In this document: one piece after another, positions 11,006 to 22,374 of the stretch | Layout of the letters: every line of letters begins with the position of its first letter | Position numbering within the stretch: position 1 is the stretch's first letter | IMG/VR virus record: IMGVR_UViG_637000265_000001 | Source of the DNA: a virus | Lineage: Duplodnaviria > Heunggongvirae > Uroviricota > Caudoviricetes | DNA: 64,000 nt | Reading direction: 5' to 3' (one strand) | Translations under genes and position numbers: made by a program | Notes under the pieces: model-generated | The model's database searches: none | Seen by the model: only the letters and a program-made list of their open reading frames with translations | Told to the model about the DNA's origin: nothing

Positions 11006-12300
11006 TGGCATTAAATGAAGGTCAACTGGTCACGTATGCTCTGGATGAAATCATCGAAACCGTCCAGAACCTGACGCCAATGGCGTCAAAAGTGACAAAA
11101 TACACCCCTCCGGCAGAATCCATGCAGCGTTCAAGCAACACCGTGTGGATGCCTGTTGAGCAGGAAGCGCCAACCCAGACTGGCTGGGATTTAACTGGCA
11201 ACGCAACCGGGATTCTGGAACTCTCCGTGAAGTGCAACATGGGCGATCCGGATAACGATTTCTTCGAGCTTCGTGCAGATGACCTGCGTGATGAGCGTTC
11301 TTACCGTCGCCGCATCCAGGCATCCGCCAAAAAACTGGCGAATAACATTGAGTCAGCGATTGCCAAACAGGCAACTGAAATGGGCTCGCTTGTTGTTCAC
11401 GATACCCGCGCAATTGGTCCATCGACTGGCCTGCCTGGCTGGGATTTTGTGTCTGATGCAGAGCGACTGATGTTCTCCCGTGAGCTAAACCGCGACATGG
11501 GCATCAGTTACTTCCTGAACCCTGACGATTACCGCAAAGCAGGCCGCAACCTGGTAGATGGTGACATCTTCGGGCGCGTTCCTGAAGAAGCATATCGAAA
11601 CGGTACTATTCAGCGTCAGATTGCTGGCTTTGATGAAATTCTTCGCTCACCGAAACTTCCGGCAGTTACCAAGTCAACCGCGACTGGTGTAACTGTTTCT
11701 GGTGCGCAGAAGTTTAAGCCGCAGGCATACACCCTTGATACCGATGGTAACAAAGAGAACGTCGACAACCGTGTTGCAACGGTGACCGTATCCTCCACCA
11801 CCGGATTTAAGCGCGGCGACAAAATCAGCTTCACTGGTGTGAAGTTCCTGTCTCAGATGGCGAAGAATGTGCTGACTGATGACGCGACTTTCTCAATCAC
11901 CCGTGTGATCGATGGTACTCACATCGAAATCACGCCGAAGCCGATTGCGCTGGATGACGCGTCACTGACAAAAGAAGAGAAGGCTTACGCTAACGTAAAC
12001 ACCTCTCTTGCTGATACCACTCCGGTAAACGTTCTGAACGTGGCAACAACCACCGCTAACGTGTTCTGGGCTGATGACTCAATCCGCCTGCTGTCTCAGC
12101 CGATCCCGGTAACCCATGAACTGTTTGCTGGCATGAAAACGTCTTCCTTCAGCATTCCAGGTATTGGTGTTAACGGCATCTTCGCAACGCAGGGTGATAT
12201 CAACACTCTGTCTGGTAAGTGCCGTATTGCTGTGTGGTATTCAGCATGTGCTGTACGACCAGAGGCAATTGGTGTTGGTCTGCCTAACCAGACCGCGTGA
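11005..12300 (+). CDS. coat (major capsid) protein, P22 gp5 type (431 aa)
   Basis: MALNEGQ..MQRSSNT.WMPVEQE...GVGLP.QTA is collinear with the remembered P22 gp5. Confidence 0.95.
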   Translation: MALNEGQLVTYALDEIIETVQNLTPMASKVTKYTPPAESMQRSSNTVWMPVEQEAPTQTGWDLTGNATGILELSVKCNMGDPDNDFFELRADDLRDERSYRRRIQASAKKLANNIESAIAKQATEMGSLVVHDTRAIGPSTGLPGWDFVSDAERLMFSRELNRDMGISYFLNPDDYRKAGRNLVDGDIFGRVPEEAYRNGTIQRQIAGFDEILRSPKLPAVTKSTATGVTVSGAQKFKPQAYTLDTDGNKENVDNRVATVTVSSTTGFKRGDKISFTGVKFLSQMAKNVLTDDATFSITRVIDGTHIEITPKPIALDDASLTKEEKAYANVNTSLADTTPVNVLNVATTTANVFWADDSIRLLSQPIPVTHELFAGMKTSSFSIPGIGVNGIFATQGDINTLSGKCRIAVWYSACAVRPEAIGVGLPNQTA

Positions 12301-12344
12301 TAACCAGAGGGAGCTTCGGCTCCCGTTTTTATCTGGAGACAAGC

Positions 12345-12569
12345 ATGACACACATGATCTTTCGTCATGGCGACATGAAGAAGTGGAAAGGCGTTGGCTA
12401 CGACTTTGAAATCGTGAAAGCCGAAGAGCTTCAGGAATATCTGGATGCTGGCTGGTTTTCACATCCTGATGACCTTTTGAAGGATGTTGCAGAGCCAGAA
12501 GAAAAACAGCGTAAAAAGCCTGGTCGAAAACCTAAGGCGGCAGCAGATGAACCTGACAACGAAGGGTGA
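12345..12569 (+). CDS. hypothetical small protein between coat and gp4 genes (74 aa)
   Basis: Frame of tracked ORF 12297..12569. ATG 12345 with GGAG upstream. Lys/Pro-rich basic tail. Confidence 0.5.
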   Translation: MTHMIFRHGDMKKWKGVGYDFEIVKAEELQEYLDAGWFSHPDDLLKDVAEPEEKQRKKPGRKPKAAADEPDNEG

Positions 12570-13047
12570 TTTAGTTCTTGCGGCATTACGTAAGCTCGGT
12601 GTTGCATCAAATGCCACGTTAACCGATGTCGAACCGCAGTCTATGGAAGACGGCGTCAACGACCTTGAAATGATGATGGCTGAATGGCTTGGCGGTGATG
12701 CGTCACCTGGTATCAACGTTGGCTACATTTTTGCTGATGCAGATGTTGCTCCGGATCCGGGCGATGAGCACGGTTTATCAAATAACGCTATCAATGCCGT
12801 CATTTTCAACCTTGCCTGCCGAATTGCTCCGGATTATGCGCTGGAAGCGTCTGCAAAACTTATAACCACTGCCAGATACGGGAAAGAGCGACTCGTCAAA
12901 CTGTCTGCAATGGACAGGGCAAAAGCAGCTAAATGTAAGTCCGGTTATCCAAACCGTATGCCTGTTGGTAGCGGTAATCAGTTGGCGAAGTGGAACGGTT
13001 GGAATTACTTCCACCGGAAGGAACCTTGCGATAACGGGAGCGAATAA
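12547..13047 (+). CDS. tail accessory / head completion protein, P22 gp4 type
   Basis: [41 protein letters not shown].. matches the remembered gp4 N-terminus. Internal ATG of tracked ORF 12484..13047. Confidence 0.88.
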   Translation: MNLTTKGDLVLAALRKLGVASNATLTDVEPQSMEDGVNDLEMMMAEWLGGDASPGINVGYIFADADVAPDPGDEHGLSNNAINAVIFNLACRIAPDYALEASAKLITTARYGKERLVKLSAMDRAKAAKCKSGYPNRMPVGSGNQLAKWNGWNYFHRKEPCDNGSE

Positions 13048-14466
13048 ATGCCGATTCAGCAACTTCCGCTTATGAAAGGTGTCGGCAAAGACTTTCGAAA
13101 CGCTGACTATATCGACTATCTGCCAGTGAATATGCTGGCTACACCCAAAGAAATCCTGAACAGCAGCGGATATCTTCGCTCATTCCCTGGCATTGCCAAA
13201 CGCTCTGATGTGAACGGTGTATCTCGCGGCGTCGAGTACAACATGGCACAAAATGCTGTTTATCGCGTGTGTGGTGGCAAGCTGTACAAAGGCGAAAGTG
13301 AAGTCGGTGATGTTGCCGGAAGTGGTCGCGTATCAATGGCGCATGGTCGAACATCTCAGGCGGTAGGCGTTAATGGTCAACTGGTCGAGTATCGCTATGA
13401 TGGCACGGTTAAAACCGTCTCAAACTGGCCTGCAGACAGTGGATTTACTCAGTATGAGTTAGGTTCAGTCCGCGACATTACACGCTTACGTGGGCGTTAT
13501 GCGTGGTCAAAAGACGGCACTGATTCATGGTTTATCACTGACCTTGAAGACGAATCGCATCCTGACCGTTACAGCGCACAATATCGCGCAGAATCTCAGC
13601 CGGACGGCATCATCGGCATCGGAACATGGCGAGACTTCATCGTCTGCTTTGGCTCATCGACGATTGAATATTTCTCCCTGACGGGTGCAACCACCGTTGG
13701 TGCCGCTTTGTATGTCGCACAGCCATCGCTGATGGTGCAGAAAGGCATTGCCGGGACTTACTGCAAAACGCCATTCGCTGATTCTTATGCGTTCATCAGC
13801 AATCCGGCAACAGGTGCGCCGTCTGTATATATCATCGGCTCCGGTCAGGTATCACCAATCGCCAGCGCGAGCATTGAGAAAATCCTCCGCTCCTACACCG
13901 CTGATGAACTGGCTGATGGCGTGATGGAATCGTTGCGGTTTGATGCTCATGAATTGCTGATTATCCATCTTGCGCGCCATGTTCTCGTGTACGACGCATC
14001 TTCAAGCGCCAATGGTCCGCAATGGTGTGTGCTGAAAACAGGCCTGTATGACGATGTGTACCGCGCTATCGACTTCATTTACGAAGGCAATCAGATAACG
14101 TGCGGCGATAAGCTGGAGTCCGTGACCGGGAAATTGCAATTCGACATCAGCAGCCAGTACGACAAGCAACAGGAACACCTGCTGTTTACTCCACTGTTCA
14201 AAGCGGATAACGCCAGAGTGTTCGACCTTGAGGTTGAATCGTCAACTGGCGTTGCGCAGTATGCTGACCGCCTTTTTCTCTCTGCAACCACTGACGGCAT
14301 AAATTACGGGCGTGAGCAGATGATTGAGCAGAATGAACCGTTCGTTTACGACAAACGCGTTTTGTGGAAGCGTGTCGGGCGCATCAGGAAAAATGTCGGC
14401 TTCAAATTGCGTGTTATCACTAAGTCACCTGTCACTCTGTCTGGCGCTCAGATAAGGATTGAGTAA
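13048..14466 (+). CDS. tail accessory protein, P22 gp10 type (472 aa)
   Basis: [46 protein letters not shown].. is near identical to the remembered gp10. Confidence 0.93.
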   Translation: MPIQQLPLMKGVGKDFRNADYIDYLPVNMLATPKEILNSSGYLRSFPGIAKRSDVNGVSRGVEYNMAQNAVYRVCGGKLYKGESEVGDVAGSGRVSMAHGRTSQAVGVNGQLVEYRYDGTVKTVSNWPADSGFTQYELGSVRDITRLRGRYAWSKDGTDSWFITDLEDESHPDRYSAQYRAESQPDGIIGIGTWRDFIVCFGSSTIEYFSLTGATTVGAALYVAQPSLMVQKGIAGTYCKTPFADSYAFISNPATGAPSVYIIGSGQVSPIASASIEKILRSYTADELADGVMESLRFDAHELLIIHLARHVLVYDASSSANGPQWCVLKTGLYDDVYRAIDFIYEGNQITCGDKLESVTGKLQFDISSQYDKQQEHLLFTPLFKADNARVFDLEVESSTGVAQYADRLFLSATTDGINYGREQMIEQNEPFVYDKRVLWKRVGRIRKNVGFKLRVITKSPVTLSGAQIRIE

Positions 14467-15314
14467 TGGCGGATTCGAATCTCAATGTGCCGGTAATCAT
14501 TCAGGCCACACGGCTCGACACATCAGTCCTTCCACGCAATATCTTCTCGCAGTCGTATCTGCTTTACGTTATCGCACAGGGCACTGATGTTGGTAATGTG
14601 GCTAACAAGGCCAACGAGGCCGGACAGGGCGCTTATGATGCACAGGTCAGGAACGATGAGCAGGATGTGATTCTCGCTGACCATGAGCAGCGAATTTCTG
14701 CTGCGGAAGCAACGCTTGTTAATCATGAGGAGCGAATCAGCCAGGCAGAATCAACTCTTCAGGAACATGAAACGCGAATCGCTCAGAATGAAAGCGATAT
14801 TGCGTCGCTTGATACCAGAGTTCAGTCGCTGGAATCGCAGGTTTCAGACCATGAAACGCGCATCGATGCTCTGGAGTATGCCACTACTCGCAAGAAGTCA
14901 GAGGTTGTTTACTCTGGCGTATCAGTAACCATCCCGACAGCGCCGACCAACCTTGTTAGCCTGCTGAAAACGCTCACGCCGTCATCCGGCTCGTTGACAC
15001 CATTCTTCGACACCGTTAACAACAAGATGGTTGTGTTCAACGAGAACAAAACCCTGTTCTTCAAGCTGTCGATTGTCGGGACGTGGCCCAGCGGAACCGC
15101 CAACAGGTCAATGCAGCTAACCTTTTCCGGCGCTGTTCCTGACACGCTGGTAAGCAGTCGCAACTCGGCGACAACAACCGATAACATCCTGTTAGCTACG
15201 TTCTTCAGCGTGGATAAAGACGGATTTCTTGCCGCAAATGGCAGCACGTTAACCATTCAGTCAAATGGTGCGGCGTTTACTGCCACAACCATCAAGATAA
15301 TCGCGGAGCAGTAA
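14466..15314 (+). CDS. tail needle, P22 gp26 type with extended C-terminal (Sf6-like knob) domain, 282 aa
   Basis: gp26-like N-terminus ([29 protein letters not shown]), then HE.RI heptad coiled coil, then about 140 aa of non-P22 C-terminus. Confidence 0.88.
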   Translation: MADSNLNVPVIIQATRLDTSVLPRNIFSQSYLLYVIAQGTDVGNVANKANEAGQGAYDAQVRNDEQDVILADHEQRISAAEATLVNHEERISQAESTLQEHETRIAQNESDIASLDTRVQSLESQVSDHETRIDALEYATTRKKSEVVYSGVSVTIPTAPTNLVSLLKTLTPSSGSLTPFFDTVNNKMVVFNENKTLFFKLSIVGTWPSGTANRSMQLTFSGAVPDTLVSSRNSATTTDNILLATFFSVDKDGFLAANGSTLTIQSNGAAFTATTIKIIAEQ

Positions 15315-15769
15315 TGATTCAGTTCAAACCAACGCGAAACATCGACCTGATCGAAGCAGTAGGAAATCACCCTGACATTATCGCCGGGAGCAACAACGGT
15401 GATGGATACGACTACAAACCTGATTGCCGTTACTTTGAGGTGAACGTGCACGGGCAGTTCGGCGGCATTGTTTACTATCAGGAAATTCAGCCGCTGGCAT
15501 TCGATTGCCACGCCATGTACCTGCCAGAGATTCGCGGCTTCAGCAAGGAAATCGGGCTGTCGTTCTGGCGATACATTCTGACTAACACCACCGTTCAGTG
15601 CGTCACATCGTTCGCTGCACGCAAATTCCGCCACGGTCAGATGTACTGCGCAATGGTTGGCCTTAAGCGTGTAGGAACCATCAAGAAATACTTCAAAGGC
15701 GTGGATGACGTGACGTTTTACAGCGCCACACGCGAAGAACTAATCGACTTCCTGAATCACGGGAGATAG
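15314..15769 (+). CDS. P22 gp14-position head assembly / ejection-associated protein
   Basis: Tracked ORF assigned by synteny between needle and ejection proteins. Confidence 0.6.
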   Translation: MIQFKPTRNIDLIEAVGNHPDIIAGSNNGDGYDYKPDCRYFEVNVHGQFGGIVYYQEIQPLAFDCHAMYLPEIRGFSKEIGLSFWRYILTNTTVQCVTSFAARKFRHGQMYCAMVGLKRVGTIKKYFKGVDDVTFYSATREELIDFLNHGR

Positions 15770-15771
15770 CC

Positions 15772-16464
15772 ATGTTATATGCATTTAAGCTGGGCAGAAA
15801 ACTGCGCGGCGAGGAACCTTATTGCCCTGAAAAAGGCGGGAAAGGTGGCAGCTCTGATAAAAGCGCAAAGTATGCAGCAGAAGCTCAGAAGTATGCCGCA
15901 GACCTGCAAAATCAGCAGTGGCAGACGATCATGAAAAACCTTGCTCCGTTCACGCCTCTTGCGGAGCAGTATGTTAACCAGCTTCAGAACCTTTCCAGTT
16001 TAGAAGGTCAGGGGCAGGCACTTAATCAGTATTACAACTCTCAGCAGTATAAAGACCTTGCAGGTCAGGCTCGTTACCAGAGTCTTGCTGCTGCGGAGGC
16101 GACGGGTGGACTTGGTTCGACAGCCACAAGCAATCAACTGGCTACGATCGCGCCGACACTCGGTCAGTCTTGGTTATCAAATCAGATGAGCAATTACAAC
16201 AATCTGGCAAACGTTGGGCTTGGTGCGCTGCAAGGTCAGGCAAACGCCGGGCAGACATACGCCAACAACATGAGCAGCATTGCACAGCAAAGCGCAGCTC
16301 TTGCCGCTGCTAATGCCAACAAACCATCAAGTCTTCAGACAGCAATTAGTGGCGGAACGTCTGGTGCGATTGCCGGTGCAGGTCTTGCCAGCCTTTTGGG
16401 AACATCAACACCTTGGGGCGCTGGCATTGGTGCTGGTATCGGATTGCTTGGCTCGTTGTTTTAA
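15772..16464 (+). CDS. ejection (DNA transfer) protein, P22 gp7 type
   Basis: MLYAF.LGRKLRGEEP..PEKGGKGGSS matches the remembered gp7. Gly/Ala-rich C-terminus. Confidence 0.85.
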   Translation: MLYAFKLGRKLRGEEPYCPEKGGKGGSSDKSAKYAAEAQKYAADLQNQQWQTIMKNLAPFTPLAEQYVNQLQNLSSLEGQGQALNQYYNSQQYKDLAGQARYQSLAAAEATGGLGSTATSNQLATIAPTLGQSWLSNQMSNYNNLANVGLGALQGQANAGQTYANNMSSIAQQSAALAAANANKPSSLQTAISGGTSGAIAGAGLASLLGTSTPWGAGIGAGIGLLGSLF

Positions 16465-16473
16465 GGGGTAATC

Positions 16474-17805
16474 ATGGCTACTTGGCAAGGATCAAATGGC
16501 GGATTATTGGCTGGTATCGGCGGCGTCAACTCAAACGCTCCGAACGTAAATGACATCGGCAATACGCTTCAGCTTATCAGGCAGAACAATGATATTGAGC
16601 GTTCAGGCGCTAACAATGTTGGGCTGACTGCTTTGCAAGGTCTTTCAGGTATTGCGGGTGTTTTTCAGCAGGAAAAGCAGGCTCAGCGGCAGAAAGAATT
16701 TCAGCAGGCGTACGCTAATGCTTATGCGTCTGGTGATCGCGGTGCTTTGCGTCAGTTGGCTACTCAATATCCAGACCAGATTGAATCCGTTCGTAAAGGC
16801 ATGGGATTCATTGATGAAGACCAGCGTAATTCTATCGGCACCTTAGCGGCTGGCGCACGCCTTGCGTCATCGTCTCCAGAAGCAATGCAATCATGGCTGC
16901 AAAACAACGCCGGTGAGTTAGCTCGTGTTGGCGTTAATCCTCAGGACGTCGCTCAGATGTACCAACAGAACCCGCGGCAGTTCGGCGAATTTGTCGATCA
17001 CCTGGGGATGAACAGTCTCGGGCCCGAAAAATACTTTGACCTACAGGATAAAATGCAGGGTCGCCAAGTTACCATGCGCGGTCAGGACCTGGATTCGCAA
17101 ACCGCCGCTCGGAATCAGGCAATCACAATGCGCGGGCAAGATATCCAGGCGAATTTAGGTCAGCAGCGCATTAATCTGGACGCAGAAACAAACCGCATTA
17201 ACAACGAAAATAAGCGCCTTGACCGGATGCTATCAGCAGAAACTAACGACCTGAAGCGCCAGGAAATACAGAGCCGCATAGCAGCCAACAATCAGCAGTT
17301 GCAGCAGAAGCAGCAAGCGCTAAATGATGGCTACAAAGACGGCATCAACACCCTCACAACCAGCATGTTCACTCTGAACGATATCGTTAGTTCTCCTTCA
17401 CTTAAGAGCATTACAGGCTTACGTGGAGTAATCCCCAACGTTCCAGGCTCACAGGCTGCAGACACTCAGGCACGACTTGATACCTTTAAATCCCAAGCAT
17501 ACCTGACAGCGGTTCAGGCCATGCGAGGCATGGGCGCACTTTCTGATGCCGAGGGCAAAAAGCTCGACCAGGCTGTTGGTTCGCTGCAGAACTCGCAGAG
17601 CGAGGAGTCCTTTCGTCGCAACGCTGGCGTCATCCTGAACACGCTCAACCAGAAGCGTAATGAGGCGGTTGGTAAGTACGTTCAGCAAAACGGTATCAAG
17701 CGAGTGGAAGCGCCTCAGGCTTCTATAGATTACCTGAAGCAGCACCCCGAGCTGTCAATCGACTTCATTAATCGCTACGGATATCTTCCATCTTTGGGGC
17801 AGTAA
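16474..17805 (+). CDS. ejection protein, P22 gp20 position
   Basis: Synteny and Gln-rich repetitive composition. Confidence 0.7.
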   Translation: MATWQGSNGGLLAGIGGVNSNAPNVNDIGNTLQLIRQNNDIERSGANNVGLTALQGLSGIAGVFQQEKQAQRQKEFQQAYANAYASGDRGALRQLATQYPDQIESVRKGMGFIDEDQRNSIGTLAAGARLASSSPEAMQSWLQNNAGELARVGVNPQDVAQMYQQNPRQFGEFVDHLGMNSLGPEKYFDLQDKMQGRQVTMRGQDLDSQTAARNQAITMRGQDIQANLGQQRINLDAETNRINNENKRLDRMLSAETNDLKRQEIQSRIAANNQQLQQKQQALNDGYKDGINTLTTSMFTLNDIVSSPSLKSITGLRGVIPNVPGSQAADTQARLDTFKSQAYLTAVQAMRGMGALSDAEGKKLDQAVGSLQNSQSEESFRRNAGVILNTLNQKRNEAVGKYVQQNGIKRVEAPQASIDYLKQHPELSIDFINRYGYLPSLGQ

Positions 17806-19523
17806 ATGGCTAATTACCGTGATTTGTTAGAGCAGGCTGGCGCACGTTACGGTGTGCCAGAAGGGTTGATGACTGCACTGGGTGCCAAGGAGTCTTCTTA
17901 CAACCCTGCCGCAGTAAGCTCCGCCGGGGCTGTAGGATTGACTCAGGTCATGCCTGGGACATGGCGTGATATGGGTTATACCGATGAGCAAATGCAAAAC
18001 CCCGAATATCAGGCTGACGCTGGCGCGCGCTATCTGGCAAAGATGTACCAGCAGTTTGGTAACTGGCGTGACGCTCTTCAGGCTTATCACGACGGTCCCG
18101 GCAACGTTATGAAGGCAAAGCGTGGTGAATATACGCCAGGACCTGAAGGCCGCGGTTACGTTGATGATCGCTTTGCTCAATGGGCGGGTGACCCGGTGAC
18201 AGACTCAACAGTCGAACAGCGCGCCACCTCTGCAAAGGTACATCCTCAGCAAGACCCTAACAACCCGTTTGCACAACTGGAAGTACAGTCATCCGAACAA
18301 GTATCGGCATCAGGTGTGCAGTCAGACCCAAATAATCCATTTGCTCAGATTGAGCAGCAGGCAGCCAGTCAGCAGCCACCTCAACCCGTAAGTTCTGTCG
18401 CACCGAAACCTGTTCAGCAACAAACAGTTAATCAGGCCAATAATGCACCAACACGGGAAGAACCATCATTGATGCAACAAGCTGGCGATTGGCTCACTGG
18501 TGGTCAAAGTGCAGGGCAAATTGCAGAACAGGCTGGTCGTGGTCTGGTAAACATACCATTTGACGTATTGCAGGGTGGCGCAAGTCTGATTAATGCAATC
18601 AGTCAGGGGCTTGGGGGGCCAAAAGTATTGGATGATGTTTATCGTCCAGTAGACAGACCGACAGACCCCTACGCGCAAGCTGGAGAGTCAATAGGCGGTT
18701 ATCTTGTTCCTGGAGCAGGTGTAGCTGGAAACATGGTCATTGGTTCTCTCGCTGACGCGGCGAATCAACGGGGTGATTTTGCCGAAAATGCCGCTATTAA
18801 TGCCGGACTTAGCATTGCTACGCATGGCCTGATAAATGGCGTTACCCGTGGTGTTCGTGGTGCATCAAATATAATTAGTGGCAATAAAACATCTGCACAG
18901 AGAGCGACCACTGCGCCAACAGAAACATCACCATTCTCCGGTGATGCCGCTGCAGCAACAAATCCTGCGGTTCATGCCGCAGAGGCAAGAGTAGCACAAG
19001 GTGTACCAATGACGCCTGCGACGAAGAACCCAGAGGAAGTCGTTCGCACAGTAGCAGCACAAAAAAGGCCAAATCTCGCTTCATCGCTTGATGAACTAGA
19101 TATCAATCCTCAGGCTGAAGTTCTGGAGTCTGCTGAAAGGCTTAATGTTGATTCATTACTCCCTTCACACTTTTCCGGGAACGAGCAATACAAGGCAGTT
19201 GAGCAAGCAATCAAGTCCCGTGCGGGTTCTGCTCTACAGGTGCAGGAAAATGAAGCAATCAGGCAGCTAGCACAGGGCGCGGGTGAGATAATTGATCGCG
19301 TTTCCGGTGCAAAAGATGCTCTTGGTATGAGCGACAAGTTTATTGATACGGTCAATGGAAGAATGTCTGCGCTGATGAAACGAAGCGACCAGCTTTATCG
19401 CAATGTTGAAAAGGCGATGCCTGCAGGTGCAAAAATTGATGCGCCATCAACAAGGTCAATGCTCAAACAGGTGGAAGAAGATCTTGGCGGGATGAAAAAC
19501 CTTGACCCTATTGAAAAGAGAGT
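17806..19523 (+). pseudogene. ejection protein (P22 gp16 position) with N-terminal lytic-transglycosylase-like motif, 3'-truncated by IS600
   Basis: ..[30 protein letters not shown].. is SLT-like. The frame runs into the IS600 left end at 19524 and stops inside it. Confidence 0.75.
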
Positions 19524-19607
19524 TGAGGTAGCCTGAGTTTAACGGACACTCCTTCCTGAAATAGAATGGCATCAGAAGGAGCTAATAATGAGCAGAAAAA
19601 CCCAACG
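19524..19607 (+). mobile_element. IS600 left-end fragment (nt 1-84; continues for about 4 nt at 20921-20924 after the IS629 insertion)
   Basis: TGAGGTAGCCTGAGTTTAACGGACACTCC.. is identical to the start of the full IS600 at 62378. Confidence 0.9.
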
Positions 19608-19661
19608 TGAACCGCCCCGGGAATCCTGGAGACTAAACTTCCTGAGAAAGAGGTAAACAGG

Positions 19662-19988
19662 ATGACTAAAAATACTCGTTTTTCCCCCGAAGTCCGTCAA
19701 CGGGCAGTCCGTATGGTTCTGGAAAGTCAGGGCGAATATGACTCACAATGGGCGACAATTTGTTCCATTGCCCCAAAGATTGGCTGTACGCCGGAGACTC
19801 TGCGTGTCCGGGTTCGCCAGCATGAGCGGGATACCGGGGGCGGTGATGGAGGGCTCACCACCGCTGAACGTCAGCGTCTGAAAGAGCCGGAACGTGAAAA
19901 TCGTGAACTGCGCCGCAGTAACGATATCCTTCGCCAGGCTTCCGCTTATTTTGCGAAGGCGGAGTTCGACCGCCTCTGGAAAAAATGA
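19662..19988 (+). CDS. IS629 OrfA
   Basis: [41 protein letters not shown].. as remembered for IS629/IS1203. Confidence 0.9.
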   Translation: MTKNTRFSPEVRQRAVRMVLESQGEYDSQWATICSIAPKIGCTPETLRVRVRQHERDTGGGDGGLTTAERQRLKEPERENRELRRSNDILRQASAYFAKAEFDRLWKK

Positions 19989-20875
19989 TGCCACTGCTGG
20001 ATAAGCTGCGTGAGCAGTACGGGGTCGGACCGCTATGCAGCGAACTGCATATTGCCCCGTCAACGTATTACCACTGTCAGCAACAGCGACATCATCCGGA
20101 TAAACGCAGTGCCCGTGCGCAGCGCGATGACTGGCTGAAGAAAGAGATACAGCGCGTATACGATGAAAATCACAAGGTATACGGTGTGCGTAAAGTCTGG
20201 CGTCAGTTGTTACGGGAAGGTATCAGAGTGGCCAGATGCACTGTGGCACGTCTCATGGCGGTTATGGGACTTGCCGGTGTTCTCCGGGGTAAAAAGGTCC
20301 GTACGACCATCAGCCGGAAAGCCGTTGCCGCAGGCGACCGCGTAAACCGTCAGTTCGTGGCAGAACGACCTGACCAGCTGTGGGTGGCTGATTTTACTTA
20401 CGTCAGCACATGGCAGGGCTTCGTCTATGTGGCGTTCATCATTGATGTGTTTGCCGGATACATCGTGGGGTGGCGGGTCTCATCGTCCATGGAAACGACA
20501 TTCGTGCTGGATGCACTGGAGCAGGCGTTATGGGCCCGTCGACCGTCCGGCACGGTCCATCACAGTGATAAAGGTTCTCAGTATGTATCGCTGGCCTACA
20601 CACAGCGGCTTAAGGAAGCCGGATTACTGGCATCAACAGGAAGTACAGGCGACTCGTATGACAACGCGATGGCGGAGAGCATCAATGGTCTTTACAAAGC
20701 GAAGGTAATACACCGTAAGAGCTGGAAAAACCGTGCAGAAGTGGAACTGGCCACACTCACGTGGGTGGACTGGTATAACAATCGACGATTGCTGGAAAGG
20801 CTGGGCCATACTCCTCCGGCAGAAGCAGAAAAAGCTTATTATGCTTCCATCGGAAACGATGATCTGGCAGCCTGA
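19985..20875 (+). CDS. IS629 OrfB (DDE transposase domain)
   Basis: 296-aa tracked ORF overlapping OrfA at AAAAAATGATG. Confidence 0.9.
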   Translation: MMPLLDKLREQYGVGPLCSELHIAPSTYYHCQQQRHHPDKRSARAQRDDWLKKEIQRVYDENHKVYGVRKVWRQLLREGIRVARCTVARLMAVMGLAGVLRGKKVRTTISRKAVAAGDRVNRQFVAERPDQLWVADFTYVSTWQGFVYVAFIIDVFAGYIVGWRVSSSMETTFVLDALEQALWARRPSGTVHHSDKGSQYVSLAYTQRLKEAGLLASTGSTGDSYDNAMAESINGLYKAKVIHRKSWKNRAEVELATLTWVDWYNNRRLLERLGHTPPAEAEKAYYASIGNDDLAA

Positions 20876-20920
20876 GTTCACAGATAAAACACTCTCCAGG
20901 AAACCCGGGGCGGTTCAACG

Positions 20921-21358
20921 TTACATGGCGTAGCCGACAATTTCGCACGTATAAACATCTTTGATGCCAGCGAGGTACAACCATCCCTCCTGTGTGGCAA
21001 CATACGTCAGGTCCGCCACCCAGACCTGATTTGGTGCTGTAGGAGCGAACGTCTGGTTCAGCAGATTTGGCGCAACTGGCAGATTGTGGTTCGGGTTCGT
21101 AGTCGCTCTGAACTTGCGTTTCTGCTTACAGCGTAGCCTCAGCTCCTTACGAAGACATGCCAGTCGGTCACGACCAACGATGATGCCATTCTCTGCCAGC
21201 TCCGTCTGGAGCCGCCGGGTTCCATATGTTTCGCGAGTGCGGATATGTGCCACCTTAATCTCCAGTTTTAGCCGCTCATCACTTTGTTTTCTGTCTGAGG
21301 GTTCATGCTGTACCCAGTTGTAATAACCGCTCCTGGATACACCAAATACCTGACACAT
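20921..21358 (-). pseudogene. IS600 OrfB, 3'-truncated (145 of 272 codons)
   Basis: Identical to the first 145 residues of the 62780..63598 product, then runs into the junction. Confidence 0.85.
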
Positions 21359-21760
21359 CGCTTCAATGGGAAATTGTTGTCGCCATTGTTCGATTAACGC
21401 GTATTTTTCAGCGACTCCTGTGCAAAATACGCTGTTGCTTTTTTTAATATATCGCGCTCAAGGCGAGCTTCATTTAACGCCTTACGCAGTTGCAGAATTT
21501 CAGATTCCAGTTCAGCCACCGTGCGGGAACCAGGAGTACCGAGCCCTTTTCTGGCGGCGGTAACCCATTGTCCTAAAGTGCCTTCAGGAAGGGATAATCG
21601 GGAAGCGCCTTCACTGATCGAAAGTTGATTTTCAAGAACCGTTCTGACAGCTTCGGCTTTGAACTCTTTAGAGTAACGTTGGGTTTTTCTGCTCATTATT
21701 AGCTCCTTCTGATGCCATTCTATTTCAGGAAGGAGTGTCCGTTAAACTCAGGCTACCTCA
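20924..21760 (-). mobile_element. partial IS600 (nt 1-837) in inverted orientation
   Basis: Reverse complement of 62378-63214 with rare mismatches. Outer end ..CTCAGGCTACCTCA at 21760. Confidence 0.9.
21394..21696 (-). CDS. IS600 OrfA
   Basis: 100 aa, identical to the OrfA at 62442..62744. Confidence 0.9.
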   Translation of the reverse strand: MSRKTQRYSKEFKAEAVRTVLENQLSISEGASRLSLPEGTLGQWVTAARKGLGTPGSRTVAELESEILQLRKALNEARLERDILKKATAYFAQESLKNTR

Positions 21761-22180
21761 TATCGCTACATCCTCGAGGAGGCCAAAGCGGCGAACAAAA
21801 TCAGCCCGGTCAGTGAGTCACCCATCGACCCCTTCGGGGCGACCGGGTTGTCACATGACCTTGCTGATGAAGACCTGAACCCCATCACTATCATTCAGAA
21901 CTACACCAACATGTCCGACCCGATGAAAGAGCTGGAAGCGGCAATTGAATCGGGGCGCTTTCATCATGATGGCAATCCCATCATGACCTGGTGTATCGGC
22001 AACGTGGTCGGCAAAACCATTCCGGGTAACGATGATGTGGTGAAGCCCGTCAAAGAGCAGGCGGAAAACAAAATCGATGGTGCAGTTGCGCTGATTATGG
22101 CGGTTGGCAGAGCCATGCTGTACGAGAAAGAAGACACGTTGTCTGACTACATTGAGTCCTATGGGATCCGCTCGCTTTAA
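21761..22180 (+). pseudogene. terminase large subunit (HK97 / SfV type), C-terminal fragment only
   Basis: The open frame starts at the IS600 boundary (tracked from 21848). Ends directly upstream of an HK97-type portal. No terS or N-terminal ATPase part present. Confidence 0.75.
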
Positions 22181-22191
22181 CTGAGGTAATT

Positions 22192-22374
22192 ATGATCATG
22201 CTGATTCTCGCGCCTCTGGTGGGCGTGCTGGGGGCGCTTTTGCTGGCGTATGGTGCCTGGCTGATTTATCCCCCGGCGGGGTTTGTTGTTGCCGGGGCGT
22301 TGTGCCTGTTCTGGTCGTGGCTGGTGGTGCGATATCTCGACCGTACACAGCTGTCTGTTGGTGGAGGTAAATAG
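22192..22374 (+). CDS. small two-TM membrane protein (60 aa)
   Basis: Tracked ORF. Hydrophobic [39 protein letters not shown]. Confidence 0.55.
   Translation: MIMLILAPLVGVLGALLLAYGAWLIYPPAGFVVAGALCLFWSWLVVRYLDRTQLSVGGGK

Larger units (their letters stand above)
19608..20917 (+). mobile_element. IS629 (IS3 family), 1310 bp, inserted inside IS600
   Basis: Ends TGAACCGCCCCGGGAATCCTGGAG and ..CCAGGAAACCCGGGGCGGTTCA. ACG is duplicated at 19605-19607 and 20918-20920. Confidence 0.9.

Noticed and set aside
21848-22180. The tracked 110-aa ORF read as an intact small gene
   Set aside because: The reading frame is open back to the IS600 boundary at 21761 and its position matches the extreme C-terminus of a terminase large subunit. 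It is a gene fragment, not a gene.
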